A DNA stretch of 64,000 bases from a virus. Below the pieces are notes generated by a model. The model saw only the letters and a list, made by a program, of their open reading frames with translations. It ran no database searches and was not told the origin of the DNA. The stretch lies in IMG/VR virus record IMGVR_UViG_3300007734_000759, positions 23,154-87,153 of that record; one strand, written 5' to 3'. Below are positions 20,126 to 28,768 of this stretch, in pieces. Made by a program: the position numbers and the translations under genes. How positions within the stretch are numbered: position 1 is the stretch's first letter; each line of letters starts with the position of its first letter.

Positions 20126-20701
20126 ATGAGAACTAAAAAGCTACTTGATAATGTCGAAACTCTCGCTCGATCATTAGCACAAAGGTATGATCTCAACTAT
20201 GATTTAGTATTAGCAGCCGTAAGACAAGTTCTACAAAAGTTTAAAAAATTGAATGAAATGAATACAATTGAAAAATTAACCTGGCAGAAAAAAGCTGGAA
20301 TTATTTCCGAAACTCAATATAGAGAAGCTGTAGAAGCTCTTACATCTGAGGATGCTATTCGTAAAATGATACGAGAATCTCTACCAAGCATACTTAACGA
20401 AAAAAAGAAAAAAGCAAAGGCTAGTAAGGAAGAAACCCCTCCAGCAGAAGATGTAGATATGGATATGGAAGACACATCAACAGAAGGAGATGATTTTGGC
20501 ATGGATGCTGCTGAAGCACCAGCTCCAGAAACAGCAACACCTCAAGATGTCCAAAAAGAGTTAATGGATGCGTTGGAGGCTGCAAAGAAGATAGGAGATG
20601 TTAAACTACAAAGACAAATTAGCAACGCATTAACCTACTTCACTCGTCAACAAGTAGCAGGATCGGAGGGAGAAGCTTCTACTGCAGCACCTGCGTTGTA
20701 A
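20126..20701 (+). CDS. Hypothetical acidic protein, putative internal head protein
   Basis: Multiple LNE/ISE/IRE sites; WQKKAGII resembles the scaffold C-terminal MKKLAGL. Confidence 0.45.
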   Translation: MRTKKLLDNVETLARSLAQRYDLNYDLVLAAVRQVLQKFKKLNEMNTIEKLTWQKKAGIISETQYREAVEALTSEDAIRKMIRESLPSILNEKKKKAKASKEETPPAEDVDMDMEDTSTEGDDFGMDAAEAPAPETATPQDVQKELMDALEAAKKIGDVKLQRQISNALTYFTRQQVAGSEGEASTAAPAL

Positions 20702-20734
20702 TATTGAAAAAATATACTGATATTATCAAAAGAC

Positions 20735-21217
20735 ATGACAAAAGAGGAGTTTGTAGGGCTTATTAGAAAAGCAGTTAGGGATAAAGTAAAGTCAGGAAAA
20801 CTAGCTCTTCCAGGTAAAGGAGAGGTTACTATCCCTAGTAAATTTCCAACAGTGGAAGAAACGTTGGTAAAATTGCTAACAGACCAGTACCCTCTTTTTG
20901 TACAAGATATATTATGGATTGCTCCTCGTCCTACAACTTTTAAAGTAGTGTTTAAGAATAATCAATCAATGCTTATGGTTAAAACAGACACTGATTGGAT
21001 GGTTCAAATAGAAGGTAAAAAATATTACATGCCTTCTTTGCAAGATGAACAAAGAGCAGCAGAGGCGATTGCAAGAGTATTAGGATACGGACAAGCCAAA
21101 GGTGCGGCAGGAGAAACAGCTCCACCAGCGGGTGAAGGAGGAACAGCAACACCACTTCCACCAGCTGAAGAAACCCCACCATTTGAAGCTCCCGAAGAAA
21201 CCCCACCCGCAGTTTAA
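20735..21217 (+). CDS. Hypothetical protein with Pro/Glu-rich tail
   Basis: C-terminal EETPP repeats. Confidence 0.5.
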   Translation: MTKEEFVGLIRKAVRDKVKSGKLALPGKGEVTIPSKFPTVEETLVKLLTDQYPLFVQDILWIAPRPTTFKVVFKNNQSMLMVKTDTDWMVQIEGKKYYMPSLQDEQRAAEAIARVLGYGQAKGAAGETAPPAGEGGTATPLPPAEETPPFEAPEETPPAV

Positions 21218-21218
21218 A

Positions 21219-22250
21219 ATGATGCAAGACGTACTAGATAAATTTTTAAAGGAAGTAAGTTATAAATTTCCAAAAGGATATCCTGACATGAAAAACCCTC
21301 AGGATATTAAGTTATTAAATAAATTAGTTATGGAATATACAAATGAAGCAGAGGATCCTCAAATAGAACCTCAAGCAGATTCAACACAGCAATCATTATC
21401 AGAATACGATCAGATAATAGCAAGTACTATAGGAGACGGAAAAACTTATCCCAAGCCTACCGGTGCATACAAGATTGGACAAGATGGAAATGTAAATAGC
21501 ACTGATTTAAAATTCTATAAAGAGCTGTATTATAAAAGTCCTAAAACTGCAAAAGGAGGAGAATCAAGTAAAGGATCAGGTCACGGTGAAATAGCAATGT
21601 ACTGGCTTTTACAAAAAGAATATCCAGGACAAGTTCAGGATAATAGAAGAGAAGGTAAAGACGCAGCAGATTTAAAAATAGGTAATACAACCTTAGAGGT
21701 TAAAGCTGTAGGTACTAAACAAGTTCAATATGGTCGTATAGGGAGTGAAGGGGGAATCTTAGGATTGTTAAATGTAGTATTTGGAAGTACGGCAATGGAC
21801 AGTGCAATGGATGGTGAAAACTTCTTAAATGATGGAAGTGCCTTAGGCTTCACAAAAGATCAACTAGTAAAAGCAGTAACCGCCTTCGACAAACTCAGAA
21901 CAAACCAAGGCTTACGAGCATTGGCAAAAGGAGATGGTGTACCAAAGATAGACTTCATAACTCAAATGATGACTAAGCTCGACAAAGCACATCTTGCTAT
22001 GGGCGAGTATAAAAACGCAGAAGAAGGAGCAGGTAAAGTGTTACTAGATCTACTAGCCAAAAAAACAATTAGTAAAATGGGAGGAGATGGCTACTTAGTA
22101 GATCTCACACCGCAAGGCGGTATGAAATACTACCATCTTACATTAGATTACGTAAAAGGTCTTGATCCAAAGGATGCTTTAAATAGCGTAGTAGTTAACC
22201 AAGGGCAGTTGAAAGTTAACTTTGGACAGCTGTTGAGCAAGAAGCAATAA
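21219..22250 (+). CDS. Putative PD-(D/E)xK-fold nuclease-like protein
   Basis: ATG 21219 follows the upstream stop; GHGE...ADLKIGNTTLEVKA motif; N-terminal FLKEVSYKFPKGYPD. Confidence 0.45.
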   Translation: MMQDVLDKFLKEVSYKFPKGYPDMKNPQDIKLLNKLVMEYTNEAEDPQIEPQADSTQQSLSEYDQIIASTIGDGKTYPKPTGAYKIGQDGNVNSTDLKFYKELYYKSPKTAKGGESSKGSGHGEIAMYWLLQKEYPGQVQDNRREGKDAADLKIGNTTLEVKAVGTKQVQYGRIGSEGGILGLLNVVFGSTAMDSAMDGENFLNDGSALGFTKDQLVKAVTAFDKLRTNQGLRALAKGDGVPKIDFITQMMTKLDKAHLAMGEYKNAEEGAGKVLLDLLAKKTISKMGGDGYLVDLTPQGGMKYYHLTLDYVKGLDPKDALNSVVVNQGQLKVNFGQLLSKKQ

Positions 22251-22268
22251 AAACAACTATTTATTAGC

Positions 22269-22925
22269 ATGAAGCTAATAGACATACTAAAGGAATCAAT
22301 CCAACCGGCTAAGAAGGGTTGTTCATGCGGTTGTAACTCGTGTGACAACGCTCCAAAGCTAAAAGACACATCAACCATCATATCGGAAGGTTTACAATAC
22401 CATATCGCGAATAAAAAACCTATTACCGATACGTTATATAGGTACGGTAGCGATGCTCACATTAAGCTTATTATTGAAACTCGTCAACTATTAGAAGAAG
22501 GTCGTATTGAGCTTAGTGGAGATGATTTAGAACTATTCGAAGAGAGTGACTTAGGTAGAATAGGAATCTACGAAGGACAAAAAGTCCTTTTAGATTACCC
22601 ACTACTAGAAAACGAAGAAATCGACGAAGCTAAGCACGGCGGAAAAGATGTACAACTCAACAAACCTAGAAGAGGTGGTCCTAAAAAGTTTTTTGTTTAC
22701 GTTCGCAAACCTGGAGGAGGAATTAAGAAGGTAGCATTTGGAGCTAAAGAAGGAGGAGGTAACCTAGCTGTTAAACTCAACGATAGAGAAGCAAGACAAG
22801 CTTTTGCTAAGAGACATAAATGTGCACAGGCAAACGATAAAACAACTCCAAAGTATTGGAGCTGCAGACTTCCAAGATACGCAAAAGCATTAGGATTAAA
22901 ATCAAACTTTACAGGATTCTGGTAA
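22269..22925 (+). CDS. Modular putative internal head protein
   Basis: Leader MKLIDILKE, CSCGCNSC cluster, basic C-terminal module after IDE. Confidence 0.5.
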   Translation: MKLIDILKESIQPAKKGCSCGCNSCDNAPKLKDTSTIISEGLQYHIANKKPITDTLYRYGSDAHIKLIIETRQLLEEGRIELSGDDLELFEESDLGRIGIYEGQKVLLDYPLLENEEIDEAKHGGKDVQLNKPRRGGPKKFFVYVRKPGGGIKKVAFGAKEGGGNLAVKLNDREARQAFAKRHKCAQANDKTTPKYWSCRLPRYAKALGLKSNFTGFW

Positions 22926-22935
22926 AAAATAAAAT

Positions 22936-23493
22936 ATGGCAAATAAACTAACACAAATGAACGAAATGTTGGCTGCTTCCAATGAAGCAATCACAACCCC
23001 AATGACTCTTGCACCTGAGGTGGTTAAGATGTTAATAGAGAGAATTGGAGATGAGTATACAGCACACTACTTCTACAGAAACGCTGCAAACTGGTGCAAA
23101 GAGAAAGCATATTTCAGAGCAGCAGCTTTTTTTGATGGAGAAGCATCAAACGAATTAGAGCATGCCAAGTTAGTGCAAGATTATTTAGTGGATTGGAACA
23201 CTCTTCCAGTTATTCCACCCGTATCAATGGTACCACAATTTTGTAACCTAATCGATATTGTAAACAAAGCATACGACTTAGAGTACGGCTTGTATTTGAA
23301 GTACAACGAAAACTCAGCAGCAGTATTTCCAGCAGATCTAGCTACATTCGACTTCCTACAAGAACTAAGAATCGGACAGAGAAAATCAGTAGCAGAGTAC
23401 TCAGATCTACTAAATGCTGCACAGCTAGTAAATGTATCAAATAACTTTGAGGTTCTATACTTCGAACAGACATACTTTCCTGAAGTAGGATAA
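22936..23493 (+). CDS. Ferritin-like protein
   Basis: DEYTAHYFY, NELEHA, DLEY and FDFLQ...Q four-helix ferroxidase-type motifs. Confidence 0.75.
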   Translation: MANKLTQMNEMLAASNEAITTPMTLAPEVVKMLIERIGDEYTAHYFYRNAANWCKEKAYFRAAAFFDGEASNELEHAKLVQDYLVDWNTLPVIPPVSMVPQFCNLIDIVNKAYDLEYGLYLKYNENSAAVFPADLATFDFLQELRIGQRKSVAEYSDLLNAAQLVNVSNNFEVLYFEQTYFPEVG

Positions 23494-24278
23494 TGACTAA
23501 TCTTACTGACATATTAAAAGAAATTCTTCTTGATGAGAAAAAGAAGAGAGACAGATGTCTACGTATTGCAGATCGTAAGTATGATAAACCATCTGCATAT
23601 AAATCAGGTGCTGTAGTTAAATGTCGTCAAGGTAAGATTTGGAAAGATTTGAAAGAGAATTGGCAAGATACTTCTTGGGAAAATGAAAAAGGGCAAAAAA
23701 TAACCTTACCGCAGTTATTAGATGTTATAAAAAACTACCCTGTTAAAAATATTCCTGTAAAAGACGTAGAAAAAATAGTTATCAGAAAAGACACAGGAGG
23801 TATAGAATCTGATAGATTGGACAAAGCGGATACTCAACATCCAATTATAATTGTTGTAGACGATAATAATAATCTTAAATATATTCTAGACGGTAACCAC
23901 AGAGCCAATAAGGCCATAGATAATGAATTAAAAACCATTCCAGCTAAACTAGTAAACATTAAAGAATTACCACAAGACTTTCAAAATGTTTTAACTGAAG
24001 AAGAATCACTACGAAAGTGGTTCGGACGCAAAGGAGCACCTGGCAAATCGAAAGGTTGGGTAGATTGTAATACTTGTCGTGATGGTAAATGTAAACCGTG
24101 TGGCAGACAGGAAGGAGAGAAAAGATCAAAATATCCATCATGCAGACCAACACCAGCAGCATGTAAACAAAAAGGTAAAGGTAAGACGTGGGGTAAAACT
24201 AAGGAAAACCTAGACCCTAAAACATTCAAAGATACAGGAAAAGCCGCACCATACGGTTCAGGATATAAACCAGCATGA
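23493..24278 (+). CDS. Modular protein with ParB-N-like domain flanked by Cys-rich modules
   Basis: HPIIIV...YILDGNHRA; leader MTNLTDILKE; CNTC...CKPC...SCRP module. Confidence 0.6.
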   Translation: MTNLTDILKEILLDEKKKRDRCLRIADRKYDKPSAYKSGAVVKCRQGKIWKDLKENWQDTSWENEKGQKITLPQLLDVIKNYPVKNIPVKDVEKIVIRKDTGGIESDRLDKADTQHPIIIVVDDNNNLKYILDGNHRANKAIDNELKTIPAKLVNIKELPQDFQNVLTEEESLRKWFGRKGAPGKSKGWVDCNTCRDGKCKPCGRQEGEKRSKYPSCRPTPAACKQKGKGKTWGKTKENLDPKTFKDTGKAAPYGSGYKPA

Positions 24279-24279
24279 T

Positions 24280-24969
24280 ATGATAACTCTATTAGAAATA
24301 TTAAAAGAAGCATCTAAGGAAAAAACTGAACGTTTAGAAAAACAAGATGTAAAATTTAAAATACCAAAATTAAATTATTCATACTCTTCTCTTCAACCGT
24401 ACATAGATAAGGAGACTATGGAAGAGCATTTCAATAAACATTTTAAAGGATACACGGATAAACTTAATGCTGAATTAGATGAAAAATCTATCAGAGTAAA
24501 AGCTGAAAATCAAATTGAAGCTATTCAAATAATACTAGGTAAATATCCTAAAAATGATATTATTAGAAATAACGGCGGCGGTTTTTACAATCACGTCTTG
24601 TATTTTGAAAACATTACACCCGACTATAAGGCACCTTCAACTAAGTTTAAAAACTTATTAGAAAAAAACTTTAATTCATTTTCCGAATTTAAAGAAAAAT
24701 TTAAAGAAGCTGGTTTAAAGCAATTTGGATCAGGTTGGGTATTTTTAATTCAAAAAGGAAATAAATTAGTCATAGAATCATATGCTAATCAAGATAATCC
24801 GTATCTTGATAAAAATTTTAAAGGCAGAATTTTAATTGCTATGGATGTTTGGGAACATGCTTACTACCTAAAACATAAATCCCAAAGAGGAAATTATATT
24901 AATGATTTTTTTAAAGTAGTAGATTACAAAGTAGCTGAAGAAAGATTAGAAATACCAAATACTTTATAA
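24280..24969 (+). CDS. sodA: Fe/Mn superoxide dismutase (Mn-type signature) with N-terminal extension
   Basis: EEHFNKH, NNGGGFYNH, FGSGW, ANQDNP and DVWEHAYY motifs. Confidence 0.92.
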   Translation: MITLLEILKEASKEKTERLEKQDVKFKIPKLNYSYSSLQPYIDKETMEEHFNKHFKGYTDKLNAELDEKSIRVKAENQIEAIQIILGKYPKNDIIRNNGGGFYNHVLYFENITPDYKAPSTKFKNLLEKNFNSFSEFKEKFKEAGLKQFGSGWVFLIQKGNKLVIESYANQDNPYLDKNFKGRILIAMDVWEHAYYLKHKSQRGNYINDFFKVVDYKVAEERLEIPNTL

Positions 24970-24981
24970 AGAATATCCAAT

Positions 24982-25617
24982 ATGTTAAATAATAACATCC
25001 CGTTTTTTAAATGTTTAATCAAACAGTCGTATTTTACAAAAGATGTTAGAGATGCTGAGATATACCATGATGCTTATGCTTTTGGAATTCAATCAGTAAC
25101 AGGAAAAATTCTTACATTTCACGTAATGACCGATTATGGAATGTTAAGGTCGAGAGTTCCCATCTCAGAATTGTATATAAAAAAACCTGTAAAAGATATC
25201 CCATACTACTACAAGCAACTGTGGGACTGTTTTGATAATGACAGCACTGTGGTTTTTTATGAATACCTCAAAGAAAAACGTTGCAAAGTGATCCTTAGAG
25301 ATAAAACATTTACCTGGGCAACTTACATGTTTACCGTAGACTGGCAAAATAACCCATACAGCGACGAACCCAGTGACTACAAGTGTGGACACGTACTTAG
25401 AGCAGATGATGGTTATTTAATGTGTATGCCAAATAATAGAATTTTTTGGAAAGATTCTAATTGGATCACTAAAGAGTTTCCTATTGAACCTAAGGCAATT
25501 AAAGTAGATACTGAATTATTAGCAGTAGAATCTGTTGCCGACCGATGGATAACAGAGGATACTGATTCATTTTATTACGATATCCATGAAGCCGTACAAA
25601 GACCTAAAAGTCACTAA
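24982..25617 (+). CDS. Hypothetical protein
   Basis: 211 aa, aromatic-rich, no motif recognised. Confidence 0.55.
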   Translation: MLNNNIPFFKCLIKQSYFTKDVRDAEIYHDAYAFGIQSVTGKILTFHVMTDYGMLRSRVPISELYIKKPVKDIPYYYKQLWDCFDNDSTVVFYEYLKEKRCKVILRDKTFTWATYMFTVDWQNNPYSDEPSDYKCGHVLRADDGYLMCMPNNRIFWKDSNWITKEFPIEPKAIKVDTELLAVESVADRWITEDTDSFYYDIHEAVQRPKSH

Positions 25618-25846
25618 TAAGTATATTCTTCGAGAATTTTCACAAAACATTGATCCTATCGAACTTATGTGGCATAGGGATGATGAAGATAGGATGGTTG
25701 AAATAATAGGAGAAACTGATTGGAAACTGCAATTAGATAATCAACTTCCAACAAGCATGAACGAGCCTATATTTATACCAAGACATGAATGGCATAGAGT
25801 CATTAAAGGAACAGGAAATCTTACTTTGAAAATACACAAACTGTGA
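25586..25846 (+). CDS. Small cupin-like protein
   Basis: MWHRD...IFIPRHEWHRVIKG cupin-type pattern. Confidence 0.5.
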   Translation: MKPYKDLKVTNKYILREFSQNIDPIELMWHRDDEDRMVEIIGETDWKLQLDNQLPTSMNEPIFIPRHEWHRVIKGTGNLTLKIHKL

Positions 25847-27363
25847 AGAAACTAATATTAGAAATAGTAGAACTTAGTAGCGACGAAAGATCTCAAATAG
25901 ATCAGATCATACCTAAGATAGTGCAAGCATACCAAGAAGGTAAAGCAGTTAAAGGAGGAGCGTATCCGGTAGGAAGCATAACGTATAAAATGAGGTCAGC
26001 AGAAAACCTACCTCGACTACAGAAGCAGCAGAAAGATTTACAAGCTAAACTTGAGAAAGCTCCAGATGATCAAAAACCACCTATACAAGATAAATTAAGT
26101 AGGATAGACAAAGCCATATCGACCGAATCCCAAGGAGGAAAAGTTAGCATATTACTATCGAACGGACACAGACAACATCCAGAAAACGTGGAAGGTTTAT
26201 ACCTACCTGTAAATCTTACAAATTTACAAGATAACGTCATAAGCATTAGTCAAAATCTCGTTCAGAAATACTACGGATTAAAAGGAAAACTAACTGGTAG
26301 AGAGAAGGAAGGTGAGCAACAACTACGTCGAGTTTTAACTCACGAATTAGTCCATGCTAAAGATCCAACACTAAACCACCTTAGTCCAAACGCACAAGGA
26401 AGACGAGCAAGACCGGGAAGAGAGGAGACTGAGCAATCTGGTGAATTTAACATAGAAGCATATTTTAAAAAACCAGAAGAAGCACTAGCTTTCTCAAGCC
26501 AATTGAACGAAGTAATAACGAGATTAATATCTACTTGGATCAAAGATAACTTAAAGACAGGAGAGGAAATAGTAACTAAAATTCCTGGAGTGGGTGTTCC
26601 AATAATTCAACAAACCGATAAAGCTCTATACGCAAAAGCTGAAGAAATACAAGACGCATTACGGGACCTAGATCAGCTATTTGCTAAAGGGTTAAGAGCT
26701 AGAAGTTTTTCTCCTTTGGGTAAAGCGTTTATGAAGGAGATAGAAAGTGAGGGACTTTTCAAGAAGTTTTTTAATAAAATTTACAAATTCCTAGAAAAAA
26801 TAGGATTAAGTAAAAAAATAGAAACTCCTCAAGACAGCTATATTCAAGCAATGGAACTACTTAAAAAATACAACCCAAAAGGATACGAAGCAGCAGCTAA
26901 AGGATTTCGAAAGAGCTTCAAAAAACTAGAGCTAGCAATTAATGCAGCACTATATAAGAGAATGGTAGCATTACTTAAAGCTGCTGACGATCTTCCTGGA
27001 TTACAAAAAGAAAAAACTAAACTAGAAAAAGAACTACAAGCTTTAAAAGCAATCCCAGCAACTTCTAGAGAAAAGAGAGCAGAGTTGGAGAACCAAATAG
27101 GGCAGCTTGACTCTCTACTAAAAACAGCAACTCGGATCAATAAAAATCCAAATACTGCAAAGATTATACAAATAGCAGTTGAAGGAACTGACCCTCCAAG
27201 AGAGGAGATAGCAGATTCAACGAAGGTTAGTCAAATTAAAACAGAGCTTGAAGCAGCGAAAGGGAAGTTATATCCTAAACAAGCGGTAACTGAGATAACA
27301 GCTTTAAAGAATAGATTAGTAGAACAAGTTTATAAAAAAATAATTGAACTAGTACAAAGTTAA
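25843..27363 (+). CDS. HExxH metallopeptidase-like coiled-coil protein
   Basis: VLTHELVHAKD with downstream PEEALAF; leader MKKLILE. Confidence 0.55.
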   Translation: MKKLILEIVELSSDERSQIDQIIPKIVQAYQEGKAVKGGAYPVGSITYKMRSAENLPRLQKQQKDLQAKLEKAPDDQKPPIQDKLSRIDKAISTESQGGKVSILLSNGHRQHPENVEGLYLPVNLTNLQDNVISISQNLVQKYYGLKGKLTGREKEGEQQLRRVLTHELVHAKDPTLNHLSPNAQGRRARPGREETEQSGEFNIEAYFKKPEEALAFSSQLNEVITRLISTWIKDNLKTGEEIVTKIPGVGVPIIQQTDKALYAKAEEIQDALRDLDQLFAKGLRARSFSPLGKAFMKEIESEGLFKKFFNKIYKFLEKIGLSKKIETPQDSYIQAMELLKKYNPKGYEAAAKGFRKSFKKLELAINAALYKRMVALLKAADDLPGLQKEKTKLEKELQALKAIPATSREKRAELENQIGQLDSLLKTATRINKNPNTAKIIQIAVEGTDPPREEIADSTKVSQIKTELEAAKGKLYPKQAVTEITALKNRLVEQVYKKIIELVQS

Positions 27364-27373
27364 AAAATAAGAA

Positions 27374-28099
27374 ATGTCAATAGTAGTTGTAGGAGCAGGC
27401 TTAGCAGGGTTATCAGTAGTAGATACCTTACTACAGAATGATATGAACCCACAAGAAGTAGTGTTAATCCACGAAGGAGTAAATCCATGGGATCGTGATA
27501 GTATATACGGATTTGGAGGAAATACATGGACTAACAAACTTACGTTAACAAAAAAATTACAACTCTTACCCGAACTACAAAATTACTTAGATCCTCAAGA
27601 CATAGACGTGAAGATAGCACAGGCAAGTACTTTCATAAGTAAGTATACTAACAGCAGAGCAGTGGAATACGAGGATCGAATTGAATTAGATTCCGAAACA
27701 GTAAATTATTTTTTAGCAAAAATATGGGCTGATTTTAGAAACAACCAAATTAAAATAGAAGGTGAGTCAGTCTGTAGGCAAATAACTAATATAAGCAATT
27801 ACATTATTTACGACAAACAAGGAGAGGATTTTCAACACGAGCAACGCTTCACTAAGTTAGTTCTTGCAACAGGAAGAGATGGATACAACGTGGCACACTC
27901 CTTAGGAGAATACGCTGCAGGTTTGGCAGATATTCCACTTAAAATAGTCACACCAAGTACTTTACAAGTTAACAAGAACTGTACTTTATGTAATATGGAA
28001 AGTGTTTATGTCGTAGGGAGTATATTAGGCTATACGAATCCTATGGTGTCAATTATCCAAGGAATTATAGCAGGAGAATCAATAGCAAAAAGTATATAA
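27374..28099 (+). CDS. FAD-binding oxidoreductase-like protein (short)
   Basis: VVVGAGLAG Rossmann motif, LVLATGR, VYVVG...GIIAGE; only 241 aa. Confidence 0.6.
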   Translation: MSIVVVGAGLAGLSVVDTLLQNDMNPQEVVLIHEGVNPWDRDSIYGFGGNTWTNKLTLTKKLQLLPELQNYLDPQDIDVKIAQASTFISKYTNSRAVEYEDRIELDSETVNYFLAKIWADFRNNQIKIEGESVCRQITNISNYIIYDKQGEDFQHEQRFTKLVLATGRDGYNVAHSLGEYAAGLADIPLKIVTPSTLQVNKNCTLCNMESVYVVGSILGYTNPMVSIIQGIIAGESIAKSI

Positions 28100-28440
28100 T
28101 GAAAAACATAGTAATATTGTGGATTATATCCATAGGTTTAGCAGTAGGAATAGGATGGTACTTACACAAAGAACCAACCACTCCACCACCAAGCACAGAC
28201 AGATATCAACATCAGATTGACAGTTTGATAAAATACAACGATAGTTTAAATACTCTCGTTGATCTCAACAACAAAGATATTTCTCGATTAAGAGATTCAA
28301 TTAATAAAGTTGAAGCAGGAATTGACAGGAAAGAAGATAATTTAGATAAACTAAAAAAAGATTATGAACAAAAAATTAAGCGTATTGATAGCTTGTCTTC
28401 TGATGAGCTTACCAAGCTTCTCACAGAAAGGTACAAGTGA
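28099..28440 (+). CDS. Candidate inner-membrane spanin-like protein
   Basis: N-terminal TM followed by a long coiled coil; overlaps the next gene. Confidence 0.5.
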   Translation: MKNIVILWIISIGLAVGIGWYLHKEPTTPPPSTDRYQHQIDSLIKYNDSLNTLVDLNNKDISRLRDSINKVEAGIDRKEDNLDKLKKDYEQKIKRIDSLSSDELTKLLTERYK

Positions 28441-28768
28441 TTCTTTAATACTACTTCCTAAGTCTATTGTAGTTAAAATTACAAAAGATTTGGAAAGATA
28501 TGATCTATGTAAGAAAGAAGTTCTAACAAAAGACAGTGTTATTCGTGATTATATTACTATAAAACATATCAACGATAGTATTATACATAAGCTAGACAGC
28601 AATCAAAACATACACCTAACACAAATTTCCAACTGGGAAAAAGCAGATTCTACACGGAATTTACAAGTAACTGGGTTGAAAAATGACGTAGAAAAGTACA
28701 AAACTCAACGTAATTGGGCAGGTGGACTGGGTGTAGCTTTAACGGTTTTGGCGATACTATTCCTATGA
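28364..28768 (+). CDS. Candidate spanin partner (signal peptide, coiled coil, C-terminal TM)
   Basis: MNKKLSVLIACLLMSLPSFSQ signal; C-terminal WAGGLGVALTVLAILFL. Confidence 0.45.
   Translation: MNKKLSVLIACLLMSLPSFSQKGTSDSLILLPKSIVVKITKDLERYDLCKKEVLTKDSVIRDYITIKHINDSIIHKLDSNQNIHLTQISNWEKADSTRNLQVTGLKNDVEKYKTQRNWAGGLGVALTVLAILFL

Noticed and set aside
20420-21217. EETPP / GAAGAAACCCC short repeats as a regulatory repeat family
   Set aside because: Only a few copies, all in-frame in Pro/Glu-rich disordered tails, so best explained as protein low complexity
21102-21218. N-terminal 39-aa extension of the 21102 ORF
   Set aside because: Overlaps the Pro-rich end of the upstream gene; ATG 21219 right after its stop is more plausible
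22936-23493. Ribonucleotide reductase beta subunit
   Set aside because: Too short (185 aa), and the motif spacing fits ferritin rather than R2
23660-23990. Sulfiredoxin in the redox cluster
   Set aside because: Motif is DGNHR (ParB-N type), not the GCHR catalytic Cys motif of sulfiredoxin
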